This document shows positions 9,980 through 20,659 of a stretch of 64,000 bases of DNA, piece after piece (the first letter of the stretch is position 1; every line of letters begins with the position of its first letter). The notes below the pieces were generated by a model, which worked only from the letters and a program-made list of their open reading frames with translations, was not told where the DNA came from and ran no database searches. Source of the DNA: Candidatus Omnitrophota bacterium (GTDB lineage: Bacteria > Omnitrophota > Gorgyraeia > S143-82). Position numbers and translations under genes: made by a program. The stretch covers positions 1,335 to 65,334 of the forward strand of contig WGAY01000006.1 in assembly GCA_015494585.1 (NCBI GenBank). Reading direction: 5' to 3'.

Positions 9980-10620
9980 AATACAAACCCCTTTATAACG
10001 AGATTCTTCACAGCCTTGACAAGGGTATAACTCGCCTCTTTAAAGGTGGCCTCTGTAGTTACGATATCATCCACCAAAAGGAACCTTATCTCCTTCGATA
10101 CAGATAAAAGTCTTTCCAATGCACCTTCTCTTATTCTAAACGAATTCCTTATCTTTTTTAATCTCAAATCTCTATCTCTTATTTTGTGCAATTCTGGTTT
10201 AAATAATCGTACAGACAATACATCCACCAGGGATATATTCAGTCTATCGGAGATATACCTAGCAATAACCGCAGCAGGATTCCACCAACGTACAAACCGC
10301 TCCTTTAATGGATGCATTGGGATAAAACCGACAAAATCTATATCCGAAAACTCCTCTCTAAATTCAGTCAAATAGCTATCGACACAGGAAAGAATTATAT
10401 CCCTTGCAACGATGTCATGATTGAACTTCCATTTCTTTATGAGAAAGGCTGGCAGGCCTTGATACTCCCACAGGAACAAAAATCTCCCATCACGTTTGCT
10501 ATGGGCAGCTATCGGATGTATATAAGAAAGCTGACTATTACATTCCTTACACAGCAGCCCTTCCCTGATGGAGGTAGCACAATAATAACAAATTGGTGGG
10601 ACAATATCGTCAATAAACAT
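9970..10620 (-). CDS. comF: ComF family protein (phosphoribosyltransferase-like with N-terminal zinc ribbon)
   Basis: N-terminal CYYC...CKEC double zinc ribbon and a C-terminal PRTase-like fold (LLVDDIVTTEATF). Confidence 0.7.
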   Translation of the reverse strand: MFIDDIVPPICYYCATSIREGLLCKECNSQLSYIHPIAAHSKRDGRFLFLWEYQGLPAFLIKKWKFNHDIVARDIILSCVDSYLTEFREEFSDIDFVGFIPMHPLKERFVRWWNPAAVIARYISDRLNISLVDVLSVRLFKPELHKIRDRDLRLKKIRNSFRIREGALERLLSVSKEIRFLLVDDIVTTEATFKEASYTLVKAVKNLVIKGFVLCG

Positions 10621-11141
10621 TAATTTATATATTTAGAAATGATACTCTCCCATAGTCCTTTTGATTTCAAAATGAGTTCACAGACCTCCCTGACCGCCCC
10701 CCTTCCACCATAGGAAGATGTTATATAATCCGCTGCTTCCTTGACCTCGGGACAGGCATTAGCAACCGCTACAGCCAATCCAGAGACCTTCATAGCAGGG
10801 ATATCAACCAAATCGTCGCCAACAAAGGCCGTCTCTGACAGATCCACGCCTACAGAGGAGGCAACTTGTCTTACTGCCTCGGCCTTATCCGATATATCCT
10901 CCATTACGATAGAGACACCACAATCCTCGGCCCGTATTCCTATGGTAGGAGAGGATTTGGCACTTATAAATGCAACCTCTATACCTGCCCGCCTTAGTAA
11001 ACTCAATCCCATACCGTCGTGAACATTAAAAAATTTAAGGCTTCTTCCATCACTATCATAGATAATCCGTCCATCCGTCAATACCCCATCCACATCCAAG
11101 GCAAGCAACTTAATCGATTCCCACTTATATGTCAATTTCAT
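10620..11141 (-). CDS. kdsC: 3-deoxy-D-manno-octulosonate 8-phosphate phosphatase (HAD family)
   Basis: LALDVDGVLTDGRIIY HAD motif I and GDDLVDIPAMK motif; the size of about 173 aa is typical for KdsC. Confidence 0.8.
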   Translation of the reverse strand: MKLTYKWESIKLLALDVDGVLTDGRIIYDSDGRSLKFFNVHDGMGLSLLRRAGIEVAFISAKSSPTIGIRAEDCGVSIVMEDISDKAEAVRQVASSVGVDLSETAFVGDDLVDIPAMKVSGLAVAVANACPEVKEAADYITSSYGGRGAVREVCELILKSKGLWESIISKYIN

Positions 11142-11184
11142 CTTAAATCACCTCCTAAATTAATTACTTCAAAGGTGTCAAAAA

Positions 11185-12246
11185 TCATCGGCGAGTTATA
11201 GAGACTATCTTATCAAATACCACCTTCGGAGATATCGCTTTCATACAATACAGGTCCCTATCACACTCAACGGCATAACATGGAACATCACAGCCCTCAG
11301 CCAGCCAGATATTATTAGTAGACAGCTCACCGATAAGTCCAGTAATCCAAGGGGATGTAGGGCCAAAGATCCCTATAACGTTTCTGGTAACAGCCGCTGC
11401 AATGTGCAAAGGCCCAGAATCATTTGAGACAACCACACGGGCCTTTTTAAACAAAACAGCCAATTGAGAAAGAGAGGTCTTCCCGGCCACAATAAATATC
11501 CTATCCTTATAGTTAGCCATATCAACGAGCTGCTGACAACCCCATATATCTTTCAGACTACCAGTCAACAATACATCCCACCCGAGATCTGAAACAATCA
11601 TATCTGCCAATTTAGCAAAGTTTTCCAACGGCCAGCGTTTATATCCCCAATTTCCACCTATGTTTAAGACAGCAAAGTTCTTAAAAACCTTTAGATATTC
11701 CAAAAGTGATTCAACATATCTCTCGTCGTCTTTTGTAAAATAAAAGTCATACTGGTAACCTTCTGGATCTATCCCCAGCTCCTTTATTATCCTAAGGTAA
11801 TAGTCCACTCTGTGTATGTTATCCTTGTCTACATCAACCGGATTTGTTAAAACCCTAAATGTAGATCGCTTGCCTGTACGCTCCCCAACGACAATTGGGA
11901 TATTGGCCATCCGCATTATCAAGGCCCTGGTAAATGAACGGTGAAATAATATCCCGAGATCAAAGAACCTGTTGTATATTGAAAAAAAGAACTTCAAGAA
12001 TTCCGGCATATCCCTGTACCAGCCCCGTTCATCAAACATAATGATCTCATCCACATTTGGATTATTAGCCAGAACCTCCCTGGTTCGCGGCACTATCCAG
12101 CAAGATATATAGGCATTCGGAAACCTCTTTCGAATAGCGCGGACTGCAGGGGTCGTAAAAATAACATCTCCCAACCAATTGGGCATGGATATCAATATCC
12201 TATAAACATCGTCTTGTTTTTTAGAATTATATTTCAGGTCAGGCAA
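11185..12246 (-). CDS. glycosyltransferase family 9 (LPS heptosyltransferase)
   Basis: RILISMPNWLGDVIFTTPAVRAIRKRFP N-terminus and the GNDSGPLHIAAA motif of the WaaC/WaaF family. Confidence 0.8.
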   Translation of the reverse strand: MPDLKYNSKKQDDVYRILISMPNWLGDVIFTTPAVRAIRKRFPNAYISCWIVPRTREVLANNPNVDEIIMFDERGWYRDMPEFLKFFFSIYNRFFDLGILFHRSFTRALIMRMANIPIVVGERTGKRSTFRVLTNPVDVDKDNIHRVDYYLRIIKELGIDPEGYQYDFYFTKDDERYVESLLEYLKVFKNFAVLNIGGNWGYKRWPLENFAKLADMIVSDLGWDVLLTGSLKDIWGCQQLVDMANYKDRIFIVAGKTSLSQLAVLFKKARVVVSNDSGPLHIAAAVTRNVIGIFGPTSPWITGLIGELSTNNIWLAEGCDVPCYAVECDRDLYCMKAISPKVVFDKIVSITRR

Positions 12247-13283
12247 ATCGTCCCTCCAAGTCTTTGGACAATACCCTTAATCTCCAGATTACTAATACGG
12301 TTAAGCACATCAGTATAATCCAGACCACTTATATTAATCAGGTCATCAAGCGTCAAACTGCCTTCACGTTGCAGTATAGATAATAGCACATTATCAACTG
12401 GATTTAAATCCACATCTAAAAGTCCCTCATCTTTCTCTCTAGTAGACAAACCAATATCCTGTAGAAAGGAATCTAGGTCAAATATTGGGATAGCCCCATC
12501 GTATATAAGTCTGTTCGTCCCTTCGGACGCAGGAGAATCTATCCTTCCTGGCAGGGCATATACATCCTTGCCTTGTTCAACGGCATAACTGGCCGTGATA
12601 AGCGCACCACTCTTCCTTGCCGCCTCTATTACTACCACCACATCAGACAATCCAGAAATCAACCTATTCCTTCTAGGGAACGTATGTTTCGCTGGACGTA
12701 TAAGAGGCAGAAATTCACTCAATATAAGACCACCTTTTTCAAGAAATCTATTGAAAAATGCAGCATACGACCTGGGATAAAAGTCCTCTAACCCACAACC
12801 CATTACCACAATGGATCTATACTCATCGTCAATACAGGAATTCTTATGGACCGCATTATCAATCCCAAAGGCCCCACCACTAACCGTTATTGCACCAGCC
12901 TCTATTATTGCCCTTGACATATGCCTGGCCATTGTGAGCCCATAGCTAGTAGCCCTTCGTGAACCGACAATTCCTATTTTCCTCCTGGCACCAATCAGGG
13001 ATATCTGTCCCTTATAGAATAAAACCATGGGTGGATCAGAGATATTCTTCAGAGACTCGGGGTAACTATCATCCCAATAAGTCAGTATTTCTATATCCGA
13101 ATCCTTCAGTGCCTCTATATTCCTGGAGATAAAATCGCCTCTTTCTGAAATAAGCCGTTCTATTTCTTCGCCTAAACGATCTACAAGTCCCTCCATCCCC
13201 ATATCTAGACTATAAGCAGAAGAAAACTGCCTCTTCTCAAACAGCAATAGTAGGGCAAATAATCTTTCTATATCGCAACCCAT
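12234..13283 (-). CDS. dprA: DNA processing protein DprA (Smf)
   Basis: Rossmann-like DprA core GIVGSRRATSYG ... GGAFGID ... VVVIEAARKSGALITA. Confidence 0.85.
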   Translation of the reverse strand: MGCDIERLFALLLLFEKRQFSSAYSLDMGMEGLVDRLGEEIERLISERGDFISRNIEALKDSDIEILTYWDDSYPESLKNISDPPMVLFYKGQISLIGARRKIGIVGSRRATSYGLTMARHMSRAIIEAGAITVSGGAFGIDNAVHKNSCIDDEYRSIVVMGCGLEDFYPRSYAAFFNRFLEKGGLILSEFLPLIRPAKHTFPRRNRLISGLSDVVVVIEAARKSGALITASYAVEQGKDVYALPGRIDSPASEGTNRLIYDGAIPIFDLDSFLQDIGLSTREKDEGLLDVDLNPVDNVLLSILQREGSLTLDDLINISGLDYTDVLNRISNLEIKGIVQRLGGTICLT

Positions 13284-13290
13284 AGCACTA

Positions 13291-14055
13291 TCATTGCGTT
13301 AACAATATCTCTCGCCAGGCCTGTGGCGAAAATTCCTGGGCCCTTCTATCCAGCCAATCGCTAGGGAAATAGGGCAACAGCTTTGTAGAAAGATTCTTTT
13401 TCAATTTCTTCCTGCGATTTATAAAGGCCTGCCTTACAATCGATAAGAACCTCTGTCTCCTTTGTTTATCAACATTGATTAAATTCTTCACCGGCAACAG
13501 GCCGACAAAGACAGAACTAACCTTAGGAACTGGATAAAATGCCCTGGCCGGCAGGGACAGGGCCTTTTCTATATCAAAGAAAACCTGCATGACAACCGAA
13601 AGGTAGCTATACTTTTTCTTCCCAGGGAAACTGGTCAATTTATCAAAGAGTTCTCTCTGAAGCATAAAAAAACCCGCCTTTATCCCAGGATTCAACAACA
13701 TAATCTCCAACACATCACCTGTAATGTAGTAAGGTATATTTCCAACGAGGTAGAAGGCCTCTAGATCCATATCAAGGCGCCTGAAATCGGCCTTTATCAC
13801 CTCAACACTAGGCAGAGGGAACCTCTCTTTCAATGGACCAATCAAGCGGGAATCCCTCTCCACAAGGATCAGTCTCCTGGGTCTTAACTCCAACAACATC
13901 CTAGTCAACGCCCCCTGACCTGGCCCTATCTCCACTATCGAGGACCCCTTATCCACCCTTTCCCTGAGATAACTGCCTATCAGGGTCAGGGCCTTCCTAT
14001 CTCGCAGAAAGCACTGTCCTAATGACTTTTTGTAGACGAAATCATCTTTGTCCAT
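13291..14055 (-). CDS. rsmA: 16S rRNA (adenine1518-N6/adenine1519-N6)-dimethyltransferase
   Basis: GQCFL and VVEIGPGQGALT motifs. The likely start is the internal Met (MDKDDF), giving a small overlap with pdxA. Confidence 0.85.
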   Translation of the reverse strand: MDKDDFVYKKSLGQCFLRDRKALTLIGSYLRERVDKGSSIVEIGPGQGALTRMLLELRPRRLILVERDSRLIGPLKERFPLPSVEVIKADFRRLDMDLEAFYLVGNIPYYITGDVLEIMLLNPGIKAGFFMLQRELFDKLTSFPGKKKYSYLSVVMQVFFDIEKALSLPARAFYPVPKVSSVFVGLLPVKNLINVDKQRRQRFLSIVRQAFINRRKKLKKNLSTKLLPYFPSDWLDRRAQEFSPQAWREILLTQ

Positions 14056-14953
14056 CACGTGCCAATCTGAATGCCATACGAATAGAAGCAAGCATAGAAC
14101 GCGGATCTGCCTTGCCCTGTCCTCGTATATCAAATGCCGTTCCATGGCAAGGGGATGTTCTGACCACAGGTAGCCCCCAGGTTACATTTACAGCAAAAGG
14201 CGCCAGAGTCTTTAAAACCGGAAGCCCTTGATCATGGTACATAGAAAGAATAATAGAAAAATCACGGCGATATTTGAATATTGTATCCGCAGGGAACGGC
14301 CCTCTAACATCGATCCCTTTAGCCCGAAATGCCTTTATCACCGGCATTATAATCTCCTTCTCCTCTTTGCCAATCATCCCGCCTTCTCCTGCATGGGGAT
14401 TAAGACCACAAAGTCCTATAGGTCTATTATCATTCATTGCCGAGGAAAATTCACTGGCTGTTAAGATTGCTTCTCTTATCCGGAACTTTGTTATGCTGGC
14501 AGGCACCTCTGATATCGGAATATGCCGCGTTACGAGCAGGAGGTTCAATGAACGTGAAGCGAATATCATCTCTACCCTATCCACAGAAAAGGCAGACTGC
14601 AGGTATTCCGTATGGCCGCTAAACTCGCATAACCTGGCCATCTTTTCTTTACTTACAGGTGCTGTAACTATACCTTGGACCTGACCTGACTTACACAGAG
14701 AAACTGCCTTCTCCAGTGCAGCCAGGGCAGAATGGGTATAACTAATGCGGTATCTGTCAAACGAAAACTTACCACAGGGTATATCGATTATCTCTAAAGA
14801 CTCGAGCTCAGGACAAAACAATTCAAAGGCGGCCTTGCATCCTATTACCACCAGTCTTTGTCTGAACCTCTTCGGAAGGAGGGATATGGCCTTCGCTACA
14901 ACCTCAGGTCCTATTCCAAACGGATCACCCAGAGTAATTGCCAACTTAATCAT
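14042..14953 (-). CDS. pdxA: 4-hydroxythreonine-4-phosphate dehydrogenase
   Basis: MIKLAITLGDPFGIGPEV N-terminus and the conserved HAGEGG and HG metal-binding region. Confidence 0.85.
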   Translation of the reverse strand: MIKLAITLGDPFGIGPEVVAKAISLLPKRFRQRLVVIGCKAAFELFCPELESLEIIDIPCGKFSFDRYRISYTHSALAALEKAVSLCKSGQVQGIVTAPVSKEKMARLCEFSGHTEYLQSAFSVDRVEMIFASRSLNLLLVTRHIPISEVPASITKFRIREAILTASEFSSAMNDNRPIGLCGLNPHAGEGGMIGKEEKEIIMPVIKAFRAKGIDVRGPFPADTIFKYRRDFSIILSMYHDQGLPVLKTLAPFAVNVTWGLPVVRTSPCHGTAFDIRGQGKADPRSMLASIRMAFRLARDGQR

Positions 14954-14961
14954 AGTTACGA

Positions 14962-16011
14962 TTATATTATAAGCATAGCATCCCCATAAGAAAAAAAACG
15001 ATACCGTTGCTCAATAGCATATTTATAAGCCCTCAGGATAAGATCCCTATCTGCAAAGGCACACACAAGCAAGAGCAAGGAACTTTTCGGCAAATGGAAA
15101 TTAGTAAATAGCATGTCTACAAACTTAAACTTATAGCCAGGGTATATAAATATATCTGTCGAACCCTCTATTGTCTCTCTATCCATATCGTAGATATCCT
15201 CACAAGAAAGGGTCTCCAGTACCCTTACTGTAGTAGTACCTACGGCCAATATCCTTTTCTGGGAGGAAATGGCCTCCCTCAACAGACGCAAATTCTCCCT
15301 ATCTATAAAAAACTCCTCTTTGTGCATGCGATGTTCTCTAATATCGCTGCTTTTTATAGGTGAAAATGTCCCATAGCCAACGTGGAGCGTAACATAACAG
15401 ATCCCCCATACCATATCGGCAATCTCCTGCATTAGGCCATGGTCAAAGTGGAGTCCTGCAGTAGGAGCAGCTACTGCACCATAATGTCGTGCATACACCG
15501 TCTGATAATTGACCTTATCCGTCTCCCCAGGAAGACGCTTTATATAAGGCGGTAACGGCATCCTACCTATCTCCTCGAGAAGACCTATATCAACAGTATC
15601 TTCAAATTCAATTATCTTGCCCCCCTGATAAACGGCCTTTAATCGGTCTTCCAATAGAAGCCGCTGTCCTAGCTTCATCCTGGATAAAGGTTTTATAAGG
15701 GCCTTCCACCTTCTCTTATCCTCAGAGACAGCTCGTATAAGCAGGACATCAACCTTTCCCCCTGTGTCCTGTTTAATGCCTATCAACCTAGCGGGGATAA
15801 CCTTTGTATTGTTAAATACCACAAGGGTATCACTATTCAAATATTCCAGAATAGAGCCGACAAAGCCTTCTTTGAATTTGCGATTCTCTCTATCTACGAC
15901 CAACAGCCTATCGCGGGTTCCCTCTCCAGGTTCATAGGCAATCAACTCCGTAGGAAGCGAATAATCGTAAAAATCCAGTCTATATATGTCATCCACATTC
16001 CCAATCTTCAT
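14962..16011 (-). CDS. queA: S-adenosylmethionine:tRNA ribosyltransferase-isomerase
   Basis: DFYDYSLPTELIAYEP, LPPYIKR and AAPTAGLHFD motifs. The likely start is the internal Met (MKIGNVDD). Confidence 0.85.
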   Translation of the reverse strand: MKIGNVDDIYRLDFYDYSLPTELIAYEPGEGTRDRLLVVDRENRKFKEGFVGSILEYLNSDTLVVFNNTKVIPARLIGIKQDTGGKVDVLLIRAVSEDKRRWKALIKPLSRMKLGQRLLLEDRLKAVYQGGKIIEFEDTVDIGLLEEIGRMPLPPYIKRLPGETDKVNYQTVYARHYGAVAAPTAGLHFDHGLMQEIADMVWGICYVTLHVGYGTFSPIKSSDIREHRMHKEEFFIDRENLRLLREAISSQKRILAVGTTTVRVLETLSCEDIYDMDRETIEGSTDIFIYPGYKFKFVDMLFTNFHLPKSSLLLLVCAFADRDLILRAYKYAIEQRYRFFSYGDAMLII

Positions 16012-16444
16012 ATCTCCCCAGAAACCTTCGCTGATATTCAAACATAGCCTCCCTCCCATCCTCTGTATCATCCTGCCAACCCATAGCATGCAAAAGGCCA
16101 TGTATGAGGCAAAAGGCAAGCTCATACCTAAAGCCTGTTCCGTACACTTGAGAATTTCGCTCTATCTCAGAGACTCCTAAAAAGATCTCCGCCTCTAAAA
16201 TCGGATTATTCCCAAAAGGAACGGTTATGACATCCGTAGGGTCATTAATACCAAAAACCCTATCATTTACCATTGATATCATCTCATCGTCCATCGTATA
16301 TATATCTATCTTAGCAGATTGTAATCTCTGCTCATCCAGAAAAGACCTCGTTAATTTCTCTAAGAAAGCAATATTACCCAACCCGACTAGATCCTGAAGA
16401 TTTACAGATATACCAGAGGAAGAATTATTGTCTTGCTTTGCCAT
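15989..16444 (-). CDS. ybeY: rRNA maturation endoribonuclease YbeY
   Basis: HGLLHAMGWQDD zinc-binding HxxxHxxxxxH motif. Confidence 0.85.
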   Translation of the reverse strand: MAKQDNNSSSGISVNLQDLVGLGNIAFLEKLTRSFLDEQRLQSAKIDIYTMDDEMISMVNDRVFGINDPTDVITVPFGNNPILEAEIFLGVSEIERNSQVYGTGFRYELAFCLIHGLLHAMGWQDDTEDGREAMFEYQRRFLGRYEDWECG

Positions 16445-17867
16445 TTTTAGGGGAGTCTTTTTTATCCTGATCAGGATAAGGAATACGTTGATGGTACATA
16501 CTGCTCAATATACGGGTAAAGACCTTCGCAATCTTATCCAGGTCTCTAAAGGTCAAATCACACTCATCCAATTGCCCATCTATTACCTTAGAATCTATAA
16601 CCGTCTTTACAGCATGAGCTATCTTATCAGGATTTGGATCGCTCATACTCCTGACCATTGCCTCGACAGCATCTGCAAGCAATACAATAGCGGCTTCTTT
16701 TGTCTGAGGCTTGGGTCCTGGGTATCGGAAGTCTTCTTCCCTCACATCCTCTTTTCCTTCATCCACTGCCTTTTTATAGAAATAATACGCCAAACTCCTA
16801 CCATGGTGCTGGGCGATAAAGTCCATTATCTGACGAGGTAATCTATATTTTTTGGCTATCTCAAGCCCCTCCTTTACGTGATTCATCAAGATCAACTTGC
16901 TCATAGAAGGCGAAAGTTTGCCGTGGGTATTCTGCCCTTTTATCTGATTTTCAACAAAATACTCTGCCCTGGGTATCTTTCCCACATCGTGATAATATGC
17001 GCCAACCCGCGCAAGCAAGGAATTGGCCCCTATCTCTTCTGCCGCTGCCTCGGCAAGATTCCCAACAACCAGGCTGTGGTGGTAGGTGCCAGGGGCCTCC
17101 ATTATAAGTTTTCTCAATAATGGCTGTTGGGTATCTGCCCACTCCAGTAGACTTATATTTGTCAATGCCCCAAACATTAGCTCGAATATGGGAATAGAGA
17201 CAAAGACCACCGCAAAACAGATAATCCCATTAACCGCAGCGGCAATTAAGTTTGTCTGCACAATATTACTATGCGTAGCATAGACATATATCAGATACAA
17301 CAAAACCATCGATATACTAACACTTGCACCTGCACGAAATAGGTGTTTGCGATGTCGTACATTAGATGACATAAGCCCACCAATAACAGAGGATATAAAC
17401 ATTATCCAAAAGTAGTATAGATTGCCTCCGAATATCTCCGCCACCAGAAAACTCACAAGCATCGAAAATACAAAGGCAAGTTCTAAGTCCCTATAGCAGA
17501 GCATTATTGCCATAGATGCAACCGCAACCGGTACATAGTAAGGTGACCATGAATAGTTTATGATAACCCGGCTTATCGGTATATAAAGTAAAAACAGTGT
17601 TGACATCGCCACAAAGGCAAGCATTTGAAGACGGCGTTTTCCCCTTAGTATCTTCAAGTATATAACTGTTAGAAAATAAAATATAGCAACCAGCGGACTA
17701 ACCGAGGCAAAATGAAGCACTAATTCAACCAAGAGGAATACAATGAGTACCTCTACAACATATACCCATCCAGGACGCTTTACATTATTCTGGAAGGCAA
17801 AACGCCTCTTTTTCTTCTTTAGATTATTCGAAGGGTTATTATTGAAAAGTCTTTTTACTAATTCCAT
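16425..17867 (-). CDS. 7TM receptor with intracellular HD hydrolase domain (PgpH/YqfF-like HD-GYP-type phosphohydrolase)
   Basis: Seven TM helices followed by an HD domain (HHSLVVGNLAEAAA...GAYYHDVGK). It sits in the usual position next to ybeY. Confidence 0.8.
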   Translation of the reverse strand: MELVKRLFNNNPSNNLKKKKRRFAFQNNVKRPGWVYVVEVLIVFLLVELVLHFASVSPLVAIFYFLTVIYLKILRGKRRLQMLAFVAMSTLFLLYIPISRVIINYSWSPYYVPVAVASMAIMLCYRDLELAFVFSMLVSFLVAEIFGGNLYYFWIMFISSVIGGLMSSNVRHRKHLFRAGASVSISMVLLYLIYVYATHSNIVQTNLIAAAVNGIICFAVVFVSIPIFELMFGALTNISLLEWADTQQPLLRKLIMEAPGTYHHSLVVGNLAEAAAEEIGANSLLARVGAYYHDVGKIPRAEYFVENQIKGQNTHGKLSPSMSKLILMNHVKEGLEIAKKYRLPRQIMDFIAQHHGRSLAYYFYKKAVDEGKEDVREEDFRYPGPKPQTKEAAIVLLADAVEAMVRSMSDPNPDKIAHAVKTVIDSKVIDGQLDECDLTFRDLDKIAKVFTRILSSMYHQRIPYPDQDKKDSPKNGKARQ

Positions 17868-17934
17868 AAAGTGGCCGCCTTTTTAACCGTGTTGGCTAAG
17901 CCAATTTGTCCTTTTTGATTTATAAACACCTTGA

Positions 17935-18597
17935 CTATTTTTTGAGATTTGGTATCCTGAGTTCCTGGCCTACATATAGGCTATCGGGATTCTCCAGCCT
18001 GTCCTTGTTGGCCTCAAATATCTTAGGCCATAGACTATACTTACCATAAAATTTGTAGGATATCTTCTGGAGGGTATCTCCCTTCTCGACCTTATATATA
18101 GTATATGCCACATTATCACTACTATTCTCATTACCAGCATCCTTGACCTCTCCCTCTAATCTCTCTACCGTCTTAGCCGTCTCTTCAGAGACAACCTCCC
18201 CTGTTCCTGTCTCCATCGGCTGCTCTTTCTCTGTTTGCTTCTGCTCTTTCTTATAAATATAACCGTAATTTGCCTCTTTGACAGAATCTTCTTTGATTTT
18301 TATGGAATCGCTTTCAGTTCCTTCCTTAGAAGGAGAAACTTCTGTTTCTTTTCCTTTTGATTCTATCCTTATCTCTTTCGGATTTACCAATTCTATCTCT
18401 GTAACTAGTATCTTTCGCGTCTTTTTCTCGGGTACATAAAGGCTTGTCTTAGGAGATCCAACTAGATAGCCCTGATTCCCTTCAACCAATATATCCTTTC
18501 GCGGCATCTCTTTTTCATATACCCTTATTACACAGCCACTTGTCAAGAAAAATGAAAATGCAATCAATGCCAATAACATCCTATACCTCATCATCAT
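17935..18597 (-). CDS. LysM domain lipoprotein/secreted protein
   Basis: Signal or lipobox-like N-terminus (LTSGC) and a C-terminal LysM (YTIYKVEKGDTLQKISYKFYG...YVGQELRIP). The start is probably the internal MMMRYRM. Confidence 0.6.
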   Translation of the reverse strand: MMMRYRMLLALIAFSFFLTSGCVIRVYEKEMPRKDILVEGNQGYLVGSPKTSLYVPEKKTRKILVTEIELVNPKEIRIESKGKETEVSPSKEGTESDSIKIKEDSVKEANYGYIYKKEQKQTEKEQPMETGTGEVVSEETAKTVERLEGEVKDAGNENSSDNVAYTIYKVEKGDTLQKISYKFYGKYSLWPKIFEANKDRLENPDSLYVGQELRIPNLKK

Positions 18598-18686
18598 ATC
18601 CCCCTTGTTTTGATTTTTAATCTTTATATATAATCTAAATCCATCGTCTCTTTGTCTGGCCTCTAAGTTAAAATCAAATCCCAAGA

Positions 18687-20078
18687 CTAATCAGCCATAA
18701 TCTTTATAGCCAATTCCCTAAGCTGTCTCTCTGACACAAAAGAAGGTGCGCCTGTAAGCATACAAACTGCCTTCTGCGTCTTGGGGAAGGCAATAACATC
18801 TCGTATACTATCTTCCCCACACATAATTGCGGTCAATCTGTCCAGTCCAAAGGCAATACCCGCGTGAGGTGGAGCACCATAGGAAAATGCCTCTAGCAAA
18901 AATCCAAACTTGGTCTCTATCTCCTCCTCTGACATATTCAATATCTCGAATATCTTTTTCTGAAGGCTGCGCTGATGTATACGAACCGAACCACTCCCCA
19001 ACTCTGAGCCATTCAATACCAAATCATAAGAACGGGCCCGTACCTTCGCTAAATCACCGCTCTCCAAAGCAGGGATATCATCTGGATGAACAGAGGTAAA
19101 TGGATGGTGCTCACTCTCCCACCGTCCTTCCTCTTCATTCCAGGAAAAGAGGGGGAAGTCAACTATCCAAACGAAGGCAAATTCCTTATCAAACTCCTCT
19201 CTTAAATCAGGCTTATCCGTGCCATATTTCTCCATTACCTCACTATACGTTAATCTTGGGAATGGGACCTCAAGGTCAATCCCCTTGACCTCTTTGAATA
19301 CCTGCTTCATAAGCTGTTCACTCATCGAAAAGATATCCTCTTCATCCACAAAAGAGGCCTCTATGTCTATCTGAGTAAATTCAGGCTGCCTATCGGCCCT
19401 CAAATCCTCGTCCCTAAAACACTTTACTATCTGGAAATACCGTTCAAGGCCCGCCACCATAAATAATTGTTTAAACAACTGTGGAGATTGGGGCAGGGCG
19501 TAGAACTTACCCGGATTCACCCTCGAGGGAACAAGATAATCCCTGGCGCCTTCAGGAGTAGACTTCGTCAAAAATGGGGTCTCCAGCTCCAGGTATCCCA
19601 AGGAAACCAACGCTCCTCTGGCGGCCTGCATAATCTTGTGGCGAATAATCAGATTATTCTTCATCTTTGGCTGTCTTATATCCAGATATCTATACCTGAG
19701 ACGTACATCCTCACCTGGCTCTGTATCGCCTTCTATCTCAAAGGGGAGTGTATCTGCCTCATTCAATATCTCTATTTCCTTTGCCAGCAATTCTATAAAA
19801 CCAGTAGGTATTTTAGGATTCTCTGTGCCTTTGGGTCGCTTATTGACAATTCCCCTAATAGCAACTACATATTCGCTCCTTATCTGCTTGACCACATCAT
19901 AGCTCTGACACTCTTTCGGAACGATAACTACCTGAGTAATCCCCCACCTATCCCTTATATCAAAAAAGGTTATCTTTCCATGATCCCTTCTCCTATGGAC
20001 CCAACCCATAATCACAACTTCTGAACCGATCTCCACCCCAGCAAGTTCCTCTGATATATGTGTCCTCCTAAGCCTCAT
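18687..20078 (-). CDS. aspS: aspartate--tRNA ligase, bacterial-type but lacking the GAD insertion domain
   Basis: N-terminal OB fold; class II motif 2 [20 protein letters not shown]; DKPDLR followed directly by [10 protein letters not shown]; motif 3 [15 protein letters not shown]. The roughly 100-aa GAD domain is absent. Confidence 0.8.
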   Translation of the reverse strand: MRLRRTHISEELAGVEIGSEVVIMGWVHRRRDHGKITFFDIRDRWGITQVVIVPKECQSYDVVKQIRSEYVVAIRGIVNKRPKGTENPKIPTGFIELLAKEIEILNEADTLPFEIEGDTEPGEDVRLRYRYLDIRQPKMKNNLIIRHKIMQAARGALVSLGYLELETPFLTKSTPEGARDYLVPSRVNPGKFYALPQSPQLFKQLFMVAGLERYFQIVKCFRDEDLRADRQPEFTQIDIEASFVDEEDIFSMSEQLMKQVFKEVKGIDLEVPFPRLTYSEVMEKYGTDKPDLREEFDKEFAFVWIVDFPLFSWNEEEGRWESEHHPFTSVHPDDIPALESGDLAKVRARSYDLVLNGSELGSGSVRIHQRSLQKKIFEILNMSEEEIETKFGFLLEAFSYGAPPHAGIAFGLDRLTAIMCGEDSIRDVIAFPKTQKAVCMLTGAPSFVSERQLRELAIKIMAD

Positions 20079-20158
20079 CTACTTCCTCCCTTATAAGTAA
20101 ATTACCTTAGAATTCCATTATCTCTAATCCTCAACCTTAAGTCCTTGCTTCACCCTCA

Positions 20159-20659
20159 TCAAAGCACAATATCCTTATGTCTGGCAAAGTAATCTATCAT
20201 CCCACCTTCCTGGAGAATCTTCTGCATAACCTTTGGAAGAGGTGATATCCGCTTTTCTATCCCCTTGGACGTATTTACCAGCACACCCTTGTCCAGATCT
20301 ATCTCCAGCTCATCGCCCTGTTCTATGCTATCGGTATCCACCTCTACCAGAGGCAGACCTACATTGAATGAGTTTCTGAAGAATATTCTCGCAAATGACT
20401 TTGCCACAACTGCGTTTATCCCCGCATACTTTATCGCCAGTGGCGCCTGTTCTCTGGAGGACCCCATCCCAAAGTTCTCACCGGCCACGATAATGGAATT
20501 ACCGTGATCCAGGGTATCATAGAACCCAGGGGCAATATCCTCCATAACATGCTTTGCTAGCTCATTTAGGTCGGTGATAGAGAACTTATACCGTCCTGAA
20601 ATGATAAAATCCGTATTTATATTATCACCAAAAACGTACGCCTTTCCTTTTATCTTCAT
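20159..20659 (-). CDS. leuD: 3-isopropylmalate dehydratase small subunit (type 2, short form)
   Basis: [20 protein letters not shown] ... [14 protein letters not shown] ... FARIFFRN. Confidence 0.85.
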   Translation of the reverse strand: MKIKGKAYVFGDNINTDFIISGRYKFSITDLNELAKHVMEDIAPGFYDTLDHGNSIIVAGENFGMGSSREQAPLAIKYAGINAVVAKSFARIFFRNSFNVGLPLVEVDTDSIEQGDELEIDLDKGVLVNTSKGIEKRISPLPKVMQKILQEGGMIDYFARHKDIVL

